A stretch of DNA of 64,000 nucleotides, taken from assembly GCF_902459465.1 (NCBI RefSeq), contig NC_047079.1, forward strand, positions 1,674,001 through 1,738,000, in the 5' to 3' direction. The notes under the pieces were generated by a model, which did not search any database, was not told where the DNA came from, and was given only the letters and a program-made list of their open reading frames with translations. Positions 12,089 through 25,177 of this stretch are shown piece after piece. Source of the stretch: Asterias rubens. Taxonomy: Eukaryota. Position 1 is the stretch's first letter. Each line of letters opens with the position of its first letter. A program made the position numbers and the translations under genes.

Positions 12089-13063
12089 TTTCCAAGAAAA
12101 CTAAGCATGAACTAGTTTATACACTACACTTACTAGTATAAATTGGAAGTGGGCCTAGTTGAGATGATCATATAAGACCCTACAAAGGTTATGATCATCG
12201 CAACTAACTAAGTAGAAACTTCCATTTTTGGAGGTTCAAATATAATTCTTCCAAGTATGTATGTCAGACACAATTGGTCGATCGCTTTGCTTGATTGGTT
12301 GGTTGATTCTGTTGGAGATCTCAGACTTCCAATGTGAATTATAAAGAAAGGGTGTTCAACTGGTGGCAGAAGCATCGACCGACAGTACAACCACGTACAA
12401 CGCAGACTACCGCGGCCCATGGCCCAGCCAGCATCCATACTCCCAAATGAAAGTACATTGTATACGTAGATCCTAAATATAGTTAAAATCTGATTCAATG
12501 AGGATGAGGTGGAACAAAGTTTTGTGTGGTAAGAAAGTTTAATAATTACATTTGTAGGGATTTGGATCCTGACTGGTAATAATCAATATTCATTAGCTAA
12601 ACAAAGACTTGGACAGAGTTAGAATTATTCTTTATCAATCAGATAGATAAACTGCTTTATTTAGGACTTCCCGACACGAAGGCTAAATGATTGCTTATCA
12701 TATAAAAAACAATACAGTAACCAAAACAATGGACAAAGCCAAATTTCACAAAGCCAATGAGCACAAAAGCTTACTTAGCACAGACATTCATGCTTAGCAG
12801 AATCAGGTTATCAAATAGAAAAACCATGACAGTTTATATTGCTTCCTTAGAAATAAAATTTTTCTCAGCTCAAAATAGTTTTGCGCTTTATAGGCCTAAT
12901 GACTTTATTATATATGTGCCCAGACAACATCTCATCTGAGTAAATGAGGCTGAATAGTTACAAGTGGCCGACATCTGTCAAACTCAGTATCTAAATGCTG
13001 GAAGGGTTGTTTGGATTAAGACAATAGTAAGACAAAAACTGTATAAATGTTGCTGTTTTTATA

Positions 13064-13420
13064 TGTTCTAGCTTACTGGTTTATTATATATCTCTACAAG
13101 GTGTTTACTTTTATGAATGGTCAATCTTTCGTTTTCTGAATCCCAATCCCAAAACTATCTCGGGTTGTTTCCTAGTCATTGGGATTGTGCATTAATTATG
13201 CATAATGTAAGTTAACAGTTCCTTGCCTTTATTAAAGTCCACCTTTTTTACATGTTCTAGCTTACTGGTTATCTCTAGGTGTTTACTTTTATGAACGGTC
13301 AATCTTTCATTTTCTGAATCATCCCCAAACTATCTGGGGTTGTTTCCTAGTCATTTGGATTGTGCATTATGCATTTAATGTAAGTTAACAGTTCCTTGCC
13401 TTTATTAAAGTCCACCTTGA
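13064..13420. repeat. Recent tandem duplication, ~188 bp period
   Basis: ATGTTCTAGCTTACTGGTT...TTAAAGTCCACCTT occurs twice with few differences. Confidence 0.85.
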
Positions 13421-14428
13421 TGAGGAATTCAATTTTTGCCTAAGGAACCTTATCATACAAAATGGTGGATTTCGATAATGGGTACGTTTAGGGCTTATGT
13501 ACAATGCCTCCCTGCCCCCATGCAAAGAGCATTCACTTTTTACATTAGCCGTAAGTCTGACCAAGGCCAAACTGAATCCCACAAACGTGACATTGTATTT
13601 TTTATAGATCTTTGTGGTTAAAATCCACTCTGTAAACAGAATGTTTTCCAGGATTCGTTTTTCATGATCATACCGAAAGTTATTATTGTACCTGATGTTT
13701 TGTTTACGACACACAGATGAAGCATTCCTTATTAGCGAAGTTGTCATATAAGTCACCATTAACAAAAAACACCTATTTTCCCGAAATCATAATCTTCTGC
13801 TCCTGAGGGAATCCCCTTTGTCTAGAAGTCTCAGCAGAGCAGTTCCACTGAGCAAGGACCACGCTGTCCGTTGTTGTCCCTCTTCTAATTCTACCTCCAT
13901 GCTCTGAGGCAGTCATTGTGCAACAATGCACGCTCCGTTGATCCCCTATCATGGTCAATTTTACACTATGGTGCCATCTGCTTGCAAAATTGGCTCCATA
14001 ATAATACCCAGTGGAATTTTGATGAATGGCCGTTTTGAGAAGCTTGTACTATTTGCAATACGCTTGATTGCTTTCAACCAAGTGAATCAGGACACCATAG
14101 AGTTAGAGACTTTAACAAAGAAAATTAGAGGGCTCCATTATGGCAGGCCTGCATTTGATATTTTGCAATTGCAGCACAATCGTTTAATAATTCATTTATA
14201 TGCAGCTGTTTGATTGTAAACTGGAGGTTTTGCTGGTAATGAATAAATGTACCACACCACAAACATCAAAAATAATAACTATTTGTAACTTTCTATAGTA
14301 GTCATGGTGGTATGCATTAACCTTAGTTTGATGGCCTCAGTGTTTTATTTTATATTATTTAGTTTATAATTTAATATTTTGTATTTATATATAAGTTTGT
14401 ATTTTTTGTATTTATTTTGTTTTTTAAA

Positions 14429-14469
14429 GGGGGGTGGGGGTGGGGGGGGTGGGGGTGGGGGGTGGGGGG
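14429..14469 (+). repeat. (G5-8T)n tract, G-quadruplex-capable
   Basis: Six G-runs separated by single T residues. Confidence 0.8.
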
Positions 14470-17400
14470 TGAGGAGTTAATTAAGAGCTATCCTCTAAAC
14501 CCCTTGCATTGGCTGCTATTGTTGATGAAACGTGCTTACGAAGTATGAAGAGCTATCATTGGCTGAGGGTTGTGTACAAATGTAATTCGAATGTTTGTCA
14601 TCAAAAATGGTGGTCAGTGATGTCAAGCTCAATATCCAGTTTTGTTTCAATACACACACCTTACCTGTGAAACTGTCATCAAATCACACTTTTGTTAAAA
14701 CAAAACAATATTTCAAGAAAAAATACACTAGCAGGGATGGAATACTTTTAAAATTGATGAACACGGAGAGGTGATTGGGGTTCAATTCAGCTTCAACCAA
14801 TGTGTGTCTGTTTAAACCTTGGATAGATATTACCAATCTATAATAAACCGGAAGAACTACCACACATGACCCCGCAGGTTGTGATCTGAATCTAGATAAA
14901 ATAAACAACTTTGATATTAATCGGTTCCTCAACTTCATCTGATGACCACAAGTAGGTTCTATTTTGTATGTACATTTTTAAAGTTGTTTGGTAACAGGCC
15001 TGGAATTACACTGAGGCGACAATGGAGGTCATTGCCCCTGTTGCCCTTGTCTTTGTGTCCCTTCAAACGTTTTCCCGTAAGCAGAGAAGTGCTCTAAGTT
15101 GTAGGTCTTACATGTACTATGTAGGTCAAAAATCAAATTCCGGACGTGTGATAGGCCTAACTGGTTTGACAATTTCCATACCACGTAGTTTAAACATTTT
15201 CTTTTCCCCTTTGATTATGTTGAGTTGTCAAAACTCATTGTCTACTCTGTCCCTTTCACTGTGTCCAATATTTTCCCTCAACAGTGGCCCACTGGCCAAA
15301 TGCCAGTTAAAACATCCAAGAACCACAGTCAAACTTTGCTCTCTCAGTAGTCCAGCTGCCTAGTTAAGTGTTGAAAAACATTCCTATTCTAAGATACAGG
15401 TGTGATATTAAGTCTTTTTTCCAATTTATTGTTGTGCCCCTGAACAAATCAGAAAAACTGTGATTAAGCCACCTGAATAGTCTATTTTTAAAGCCTACAC
15501 CATAGGTCAGACCCACTTTTATTCATGGACAAAATAAGCATGCCTGAATAAAAGTACAGTGTATGGACTACGGAAAACCTATGTACATGTAGTAGGTTTA
15601 CTAATGCACCACAATTTCTAAAATCTGAACAACTTTAAACGACAACTGGGATGTCTGTTGAAGGTAATCTTGGACAACAGACACAGGGCTCAGACTGTAC
15701 ATACATGTAATACCATCATCTTTGCATCAATAATCTTTAACGCAACACAAAGAACCAGTTTAAAGCCTTTATGGCATGCAGTTTTAACAAAACATACAGG
15801 GTCTTCTTTGTCCAGCTGTGGTTTTCTCAGACCTCTATTTGTTTGCAGACTTCCGGGAGAAGTTGAGAATTTCTGTAAAGCAATGCTAGGTTTTTACCAT
15901 TTAGCCTTTGTTTTGATAGTTGCATGATATGGAGATAACACTTTTGTTTTTATTTTTAATATATATATATAGTTTCCCTTGTGGTTTATTATTTGATATA
16001 TATATATATATATATTTTTTTTTTTTTTGGGGGGGAGGAGGCAGGGGGATGAGGCCTGATAGCATTTTGAGAGGATGACAGAATATTTAGGGTGAGAGAC
16101 TTCAAAAGATTGTCTAAATTCAGATTTGTTTTATAATCCTTTCTCTCTGCTTTTGGAAAAGGTAGCTGTTACTTTGTTTAGATTTTAAGATTTTTTGGTG
16201 TTACCTTTGATCTACTTCTCTGGTACTGCTCGATGATACTTTTTTGCGCAAACTCCTTGAAATAGCTAACTGGGGGATACTTAACTGTAGCAATGCAATT
16301 ATTTCAACATTCCTCCTAAAATGTGGATACTTTCAGTTTCATACCCTTTTTGTCTGGAACTGCTTTTTAAACTTGTTCATTCGTAACAGAAAATTCTGGG
16401 AGACATTTTCACCTAAATATCAACATAAATTTTGACAATCTTGATTTATCTTGCTGAATTGCTGAGCCCATATTTTTGGAAATAGTGTGCATTTGTGTAC
16501 ATGTACCATTCATTGATTCATATAATATTGTACCTACCGAATAAGCTTTTCAGGAAAAAAGACTTCGCCCATTTAATGCAAAAGAATACAAACACAAAGC
16601 AAACAATTCTATAAACTAGATTCAACACAGTTTTCCCCAAGAATAGTATTTAGATGACACTCAGGTGGTAACAAAAAAAGGCACAGGGGGGGGGGGGCAC
16701 GAAAAGGCTTAACCTGTAATTATTGTTGTTGTGAGAGAATGGGCAATGCATATTTTGCATTTTGAGAAAGTGTGTTCTTTCCATTTTTTTTTCTTCAGCA
16801 TAAATCTCTTACTTTTAATTGCTGTACTGTAGGCCTAAACAGTTTTTAAAAATGTGCACAATTGATAAATTCACACAAATTTGCTAAGAGACCTTCTCCA
16901 TCAAAGCATTCAAGGCAAAAGAAAACAAACACAAAAACGAACAATCTTAATAACTAAATGTAGATCTGATTGAAACACAATTTGTTTAAGAATTCGTGAC
17001 AGGTGTTTGAAAAAAGAGGATCCATGGGATTTTTATGGGTTGTTTTTAATGACTTTTTCAAGGTTTGTAATTTGGCAGAATTCCACTCTGTATAAAAGGA
17101 GGTTATGAGTTTAGTTTCAGATCTTCTTTGCCAAGGGGTAAATTGGCAACCAGGACTTGTAAACAATAAGTACTTTAGGGACTACACATTGTACATTGGC
17201 AGTGAAGGACTATGGAGGCCTCTGTGAGAGAACTAACTGCTGTGATGTTGTGTGGTTAAAATTGCACCATGACACAATACCAAAGTAAACAAAACAAAAA
17301 CCACAGATATTTTCCATGAACGTCTGTTTCCAGTATAAACTGGTTGTACTGTAGATGAAGCATGGTCAAGTTTTGTTGGACGATAATATCGTCCTATAAA

Positions 17401-18953
17401 ACTGTGTCTTGTCTAAAGTGAATGATCAAATCAATACACCATCTGCTGATAAATGGTGTTAATTATGCGGACAGAATCCCAATTAAGTATCTAACTCTCA
17501 TTTGCAATTTTTAACAATGAATGAGTAAAGAAACTGGTACCACTAGCTTTTGCCTAAAAACAGCACACATTTAGGAATAGACCCAATTATCCACCCAGTA
17601 CCTGTATATTCACTGCATAGTAAATGGTTCAGACAAAAGTTGTAGGACTGTTGATGAGTTTGAGACATTGTACAGGGTTGGTAACTATTTACAAGAAAAA
17701 TGTTTTATTAAATTTACTCTGAAAGCTGGCTGATTATCAAAAGCTACCAGTAACAATAGAGTAAGGACGGAGATCTCTACAGGTCCTTACTCTAGTCTAT
17801 GCACGGACCCTGGGGGGGGGGGGGGACACGGACAAATAACGTGCCCCCTGCCCAGCCTCACTCTGTTGTGCCCAATGCACTGTTGTGTAAATACTGAAAA
17901 AGAAAAGTAGATACAATCGTAGACATTCCCCTAAGGTAATGAACATGGAGTGCAAGCGAAACACATGAAATGTGTACATTTTTGAAGGAGTTATGACACT
18001 TACGTGCACTCAACTGCAATTACGAAGGTGGATGTATTCATTATTCATATGGAATTTGTTATTCATGAGTTTTTAAATTAGCCTGAGCTGTGACAAGAAA
18101 GTATGACACAGAAAGTTGTCAACTAACACATAATATTACACCATACTGTAATGTAGAATGTAGGGGGAAGAAGCAGCTATGTACACAATAATAGAGCTGT
18201 TCGTTTTAATGGATTTTTTAAAACAGGTTGGTCAACATTCAATGTCTGGTACCCCTTGATGCATGCTTGGAATTGCACTGATGGCACGAAGGACACGTGT
18301 CCTCTGTTGCCCTTTCAAAATTTCCCATAAACCTTATATTATAAGATTTTCCAATGATAGCACCCTCAGGGTTGAGCATTTCAGGCCTGTTGATTGTGTT
18401 CAGAAATTCTACATCACTGTAGACTTGTGGACAAGTCGTTAAATGTCTGTTGCGGTGATAGCGTTCCTACTCTGCCCGCGATTCCTGCGATAGTCTTGCG
18501 AGACTGCTGGCCCGCGAGACTCATGCTCTCACAACTACGGTCCCATTTAATGGGGAGTATAAAGTCGGGCAACCAGCAGTTCGCGCGAGAGCAGTGATCT
18601 CGCGAGAGCACCGCCACAACTCGACTATCTCACCGTGTGGGACCATTTTCGTACCCCTTCTCTAAGACTATAAATGATAAGTGTACCTAGGGTTATTTTA
18701 CGTGCATTGCACAACACAACAAAAGGGACCTACAGCTTTACATAATATAGTTCCATCCAAATGACAAATTGTATTTGTTTTGCATTACATGTACATGTAC
18801 CCGTGAAGGTAAATCTTCTCTTCATGTTAGAATTGAATCTCATTTTGATTCAGGTCTTGTTCAAAATATCTGCTCCATGAAAACTTTAGAGCAACAAGCC
18901 CCCGAGTCTTTTTGACCCTCCCTATACATTCCAGCCCTGTATTGATGTGTCTT

Positions 18954-19331
18954 TAAAGACACCGGACACGATTGGTAATTGTCAAAGACCATCCTTCTCA
19001 CTTAGTGTATCTCAACATATGCACAAAATAACAAACCTGTGAAAATTGAGCTCAATCGGCTATCAAAGTTGCGAGATAATAATGATAGAAAAAACACCAT
19101 TGTCACCCAAAGTTGTGTGCTTTCAAATGCTTGATTTCGAGACCTCAAATTCTAAATTATGAGGTTCAAAATCAAATTTGTGGAAAATTACTTCTTTCTC
19201 GAAAGCTACGTTACTTTAGAGGGAACCGTTTCTCACAATGTTTTATACTACCAACCTCTCCCCATTACTCATTACAAAGTAAGGTTTTATAATAATCATT
19301 TTGAGTAATTACCAATATAGTGTCCGCTGCC
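18954..19331. mobile_element. MITE family A
   Basis: GGACAC..GGTAATTGTCAAAGAC left end, GAGTAATTACCAAT..GTGTCC right end, shared body. Confidence 0.85.
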
Positions 19332-20870
19332 CGCAATCAGAGTCAATATTTGCAGCTTTTTTGCCAGATGTGGTTCATCCATAAATCTAGCAAAAAAAAT
19401 AAAATCCTGAGAGACTGACATCTCAGTGAAGTCTGAAAGAATATCTGCGCCACTTTCGAATTCCATAATACTGCTATACAACTTGGGCTATTCATAGAAC
19501 ACAGACCTTTATGCTATTCCACTAAGTAGTGCATCATGGCATTTAATGTAATAAATGTATGCTTCATAACTTCATTCCATCTTTTAAATATCAAATTCTG
19601 CACTCTCTTCTAATGTCAGATGCCGTTCACTTATCCTTTAAACAAATCAACGTCCCTCATTTCATTTCCCAAGAGTGAGTCGTTTACATGTACATGTATG
19701 TGTGGACCTATAATTGTTCAAAACACTCTCGGAAAATTCATACCTGAGGTAAGCCTTCAAGCAAACAATAAAAGATCTGTGCCCAATTTCATAGAGCTGT
19801 GTAGGTACAGAAAATAGCTAAGCACAAAATGAATTGTGCTAACCAGAATGAGGTTTCCAGCCATGATTCCATTCAACATGACTCCAAAACCAAAAAGGAG
19901 AATTTGAGTACATTGGGTCGATCTGCATCATCGTTTTTTTTTAGAGAATTACTCAAGCTATTTACTAAAGTCTTAATGATTTTGGAAGATTGAAAATTAG
20001 ATTTACATACATAGAGGAAAAATATCATGTTTTTTTTCTTCTTACTACTCAATTTTTATAGGACTGTACAGGTGTTATTACGTAGTTATCACACAAGGTA
20101 TGCTTGTGGAATACAAAACAATATATCGCTTCTGTATTCCATATGATATCTAAGAAGGCATTCTTAGGCAAAACTTCTAAAATTTGTGTACAGAATGACA
20201 CAGGTTGACCTGGTGTAATAGAATTGTCCTCTTTGGTTTTGAAAGGTCAAATATCATGCCTAGGAAAAAACAGTAGACAAAAATTGGACATGACAATGGT
20301 GCAAGAGACCTCAGTCATAATACAAAAAAATATTTCCAGAATGTATTTTCACCTCATCCCACAACAAACAAGAAGAAATCGTCACAGAAAGGGACATAAT
20401 AAACCAAAAATGTCCAGATACTTTGCATCCAAACCAAAAAATGCAACAAGAAGAAAAACAAGGCCAAATCTACCCTTGGAGGGGGGGGGGGGGGCATTGA
20501 TAAACCCCAAACTTCAAGATTTGTCTGCAACCCACCCAATGAAACAAAACAAAAAGAGGGCATAGCATTCACACACCAAAAATGGCTAGATATTACTTGC
20601 ACCCAACCCTACAACACAAAACAAAACAGACAGAACAAATTTTCACAGAAGGGGGCATGATAAAAATGACGCATAGGGAGAAGAGAAACTTGTAGTTTTA
20701 CACTTTCGGCCTCATTCGGGAAGTCCCTGCAGGGTATATGGTGTCTTGACCAATGGATACTTCACAGCATGGGAAGGAGTCTAAGGTTTCAATCCTGCCG
20801 CTTATTCTAACCGGTGACTCATCTTGTGTCTCTATTTGATTGGCCCAGTTGTCAAGGGCCTGTTGCTACA

Positions 20871-21528
20871 TCTTGACTATTGAGACCGTGTTGAGATGAA
20901 GATGAGGTAGGGATCGTTAACCGGTTTGAGTTGGAAGGTGCGGAGGAGGGGAATAGAATTGGGTAGGAGGAGTCTTGCGTATGAGTTATTGGGGGTGTTG
21001 GTTCGAATCCTGGTCATGTCACTTATTGCTGTTGACTGTTGAGACCTTGTTTAGATGAAGATGAGTTTGGTATCACTAACCGGTTCGTGTTGGAAGGTGA
21101 CGAGGAGGGGAATAGGGAATTGGGTAAGAGAAGTCTTGCATATGAGTCATTGGGGGTGTTGGTTCGAATCCTGGTCATGTCACTTATTGCTGTTGACTGT
21201 TGAGACCTTGTTTAGATGAAGATGAGTTTGGTATCACTAACCGGTTCGTGTTGGAAGGTGACGAGGAGGGGAATAGGGAATTGGGTAGGAGAAGTCTTGC
21301 ATATGAGTCATTGGGGGTGTTGGTTCGAATCCTGGTCATGTCGCTTGGGGGAAATTGTGCATCTTGACCATTGAGACTGTGTTGAGATTGATAGGATGGG
21401 GGAAAGTATTGTTTAAAACCAGTTTGAGTTTGAAGGCATGGAGGAGGGGAATAGCGAATTGGGTAGGAGTCCTGCGTACGAGTCATTGGGGTGTTGGTTT
21501 GAATCCTGGTCATGCCGCTTATTGCTGC
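20871..21528. repeat. ~160-bp tandem repeat, 4 copies, each with a B-box-like GGTTCGAATCC
   Basis: Unit starts at ~20873, 21032, 21193 and 21364; copies 2 and 3 are nearly identical. Confidence 0.9.
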
Positions 21529-22469
21529 ATATTGAATAAGAAAGAAGAAAAAGAATCCCTCTTTGTCTGATTTGCCTGAAGATTTTTCACAGAACCAAGT
21601 AAAGTATGGAGTATAGGTCTACACAAGGTCAAAATGGGGTAAGGGTAAAAACATACTTGTAATGTTTTCTTTATCCCTGATGCAATGAGATTGTTGCAGT
21701 ATCCACTGCTAAACATCTAGATTCAAACTTCCTCTAGCCACTGGACTAGCTCAGTGGTCTAGTGGTTAGACATCTGATCTACATGTAGCAATGCAAAAGT
21801 CATGGATTCGAATCACACCAGAATTATTCGCCTGATTTTTTTTTCTCAGAACTCTGCCAACTACTGAGTTTATAGTGCTGGACATAAATCAACACATATT
21901 GGTGTAAGGGCAAAACAAATGATATTCTTTATCCCCTGGGCAAAATTTACTTATTAAATGCCATTAGTTTTCATTGTTGCGACTATTGCCCATTATCTAT
22001 ATTTGCTGAGTAAAGTAACTTTCTAAGCTTACCCACTTTAAAATACAAAATTGGGTCCAGGTCTCTGTACAAATGATGAATTTGCATTGAACCATTTATG
22101 ACTGCACTCTAGTGTATGGTACAATGTATAGTGTATGGTACAATGTATGTAATCATTGTACATGATGATGGGATGAGTCAGGTCTGTAGTGTGATTGTAA
22201 ACAATAGAATGCATCATCCTATTGTCCTGGCTGTCATCGACCAGGTGTCCTCCACTCTATTGTTATATCTCTGTTAAGGCTATCAGGATGCTCATTTACA
22301 GAGTCTCCACGAAGCCTAATGGCACTCTTGAACAAGTACATATGGGACAAGTACCTACTACAAGTTTGTACTGGTAGACAATAAGGGTGGAGGGGGGGGG
22401 GGGGTAGAAGGAGTGTGGGCCTGGTGGGGGTGGGGGAATTTTGTTTTAACACGTATACTGAAAGTATTT

Positions 22470-22838
22470 GAAGGCACTGGACGCATTTGGTATTTGTCAA
22501 AGACAGTATTCTCACTTGGTGTATCCCAACGTTCATAAAATAACACAACTGTGAAAATTTTGACTTATCATCGAAGTTGGAGAAAAATCATGAAAGAAAA
22601 AACACCCCTCTTGCACAACTTTGTGTGCTTTCAGATGCATAATAAAAGGCTTCAGGCCTAAAGTCTTTTATTATTTGAGTGAGAAATTACCTCTTTCTTA
22701 AAAACTATGTTACTTCAGAGGAAACTGTTTCTCACAATGGTTTATACTATCAACAGCTCTCCATTGCTCGCTACCAAGTATGTTCTTATGCTAATACACT
22801 TTTTTTTTAGTTATTACCAATAGTTTTCAGTGCCTTTA
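22470..22838. mobile_element. MITE family A
   Basis: AAGGCACTGGAC...CAGTGCCTTTA termini and shared body. Confidence 0.8.
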
Positions 22839-23440
22839 CGGTTTATGCTATACAATGGTTTCTTGCCCAGGGTTCTCCTCGATGCACAAGCTACTAGCAT
22901 ATCAGGCCTATTTTTGGTGGGCGTTCAAGAAGTGCTGCATTAAAACAAAAACAAATTAAATAACAAATACTAGGGGGCTTAACGAAAAAATAATCTGGAT
23001 AATTTTTATTTCTTACAAACTATAATGACACACAAGATAATTAGTTCTCATAACCTTTAAAGGCAAACCCTGTGGAAGGAAATGTCTACTGGAACATTGC
23101 AATGGGCACCAAGGCAATGACCAAGGGCATGCAGGCAATTGCCTCTGTGGCGTATCTGGGCTGATATGTGTCTAGTAACAGGTGTACATGCATTGTACTC
23201 TCTCTGAATAAATAAATTGGTGAGTTGTACATGAACATGTAGCAGGATACGTACATTGCTAAGTGTTTCCTGAACCCAAATACTTCCCCCATGATCTGTA
23301 TAGCAGAGGTTTGCAAGGTGCCAACATTTGACCACAACGGCTCTTCGCAGAGCCAACACTCCTCCCAAAGGAGTTTTATGGTTGTACCCGCAAGCGTTAC
23401 TTAAGATACTTTTAGCTTATTTCTCATTATCTACACCATG

Positions 23441-23700
23441 CTAAGGCATAAAAAAAATATGTTGGCGTAACCCGACCTACCCTAAAAGTATGAAGGGAAG
23501 AAATTTAATGATTAAAATCTATTAAAGACATAAAAATAAATGTCATCAAGGGTTTAAAAATATACAATTTGTTGTGTGTAGCCTTGTTTTGTTTTGTTAT
23601 CGTGTATACTACCGTGTTAAACAATAAAATCCCTACCTACATGTACCTACCCTATTTTGGGGGCCCATTATGCAAACATAACATTTTTTTTATGCCTTAG
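23441..23700. mobile_element. MITE (TIR CTAAGGCATAAAAAAAA..TGTT)
   Basis: ~20 bp TIR; internal CCTACC motifs. Confidence 0.7.
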
Positions 23701-24790
23701 TTGTGTCAAACCATGGAGGTAGCAAACCACATTATAATGTGTTTACTATGGTTCTAAGACAGTGTCCACAAAACACAGGTTTGCTTTCTCAGCATTGTCT
23801 ACACAGGAAGAATGATCCGTAATTGAATACACAATCTGAGAAGCATTACTGCCAGTAACACTTCTCAGATTCAAACTTTGGGGCATGAAAAACTGATATC
23901 TTTTTACATACATGAAACCACATTATTTCAAAGTGAAATGTTTCTCAAAATGCTTTATCAAAAGCTGATGTCTAACCGAACTTTTTCATTAATATTTAAA
24001 AGAGTGGTTACCAAACGCGTACCTTCCCTTTAACCGTACATGTTATAACAGTCACAAGGGCACTTAAAGATGGTGTCCACGTTAAGCAGGTTATCAAGTA
24101 TAGAACAAATCAAGGTCAAGAGTTGCTGCCCATATTTTGCAGGTACATGTATGATGCTAACTCTGCCCGCAGCAAGAAGTGCATGCCATTCTGCAGATTC
24201 AACGCTCAAATGTCAACATCAGTCTGACTGTAGTAATTACCTTCCACCCCCTACCAATCAGGCCAAGGTGAAACACAAGTGAAGTTTTTGGCTCCTAGTG
24301 TATTTGGCCCACAGCTCTTCATCAATGCTTATTCTCTCTGCCTGTCTCAGCTGTGTGTGATATAGTGACCTCCAAATTACTAGATGGTGATGCATTTATG
24401 CCTGCAGCTAGCTTGCTGTGTACATGTACATGTAGAGGCACATGCATACCAGATACAAACTTCAATTCTGTTGGTAGTTATACCATGGTAATACATGTAC
24501 ATCCAATTATTGCATACACTTGTACATGTACAAACATTTTGTGTATCATAAACATTCCTGTCTTTGATCAAGAATACTGCAAAAAATTTAGAAGCATTCT
24601 CTGCTTGACTGTTCTCAAAATTGTTGTCAATAAATGACAAGTTGAAGTCTGTAACTTTGATCGCATACATCAAACAGTACTTAAATTCATGATTAAAAGT
24701 GTTTTTTTACAAAATTAATGAGAAAACAAGTTGATTGAAAAATTCATGCAAGTTTTTTTTCTTTTTTTTCCACTTTTTAAATCTGTTTGT

Positions 24791-25177
24791 TAAAGGAACA
24801 CGTTGCCTTGGATCGGTCGAGTTGGTATTTGAAAAGCATTTGTAACCATTTTTTATAAAATGCACATGGGTAGAAAGATGTTGTAAAAGTAGAATACAAT
24901 GATCCACACAAACATGCCTCGAAATTGCACGGTTTTCCTTTTACCTCGTCGACTAACATGTCGGCCATTTATGGGAGTCAAAATTTTGACTCCCATAAAT
25001 GGCCGACCGTGTTAGTTCGCAAAGTAAAGGGAAAACCACGCAATTTCGAGGCAAATTTGTGTGGATCATTGTATTCTACTTTTAAAACATCTTTCCAACC
25101 ATATGCATTTTATAAAAAAGGGTTACAGACGCTATTTATAGACCAACTCGTCCGATCCAAGGCAACGTGTTCCTTTA
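24791..25177. mobile_element. Foldback MITE family B
   Basis: TAAAGGAACACGTTGCCTTGGATCGG TIR; the whole element is an imperfect palindrome around TGGGAGTCAAAATTTTGACTCCCA. Confidence 0.9.
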
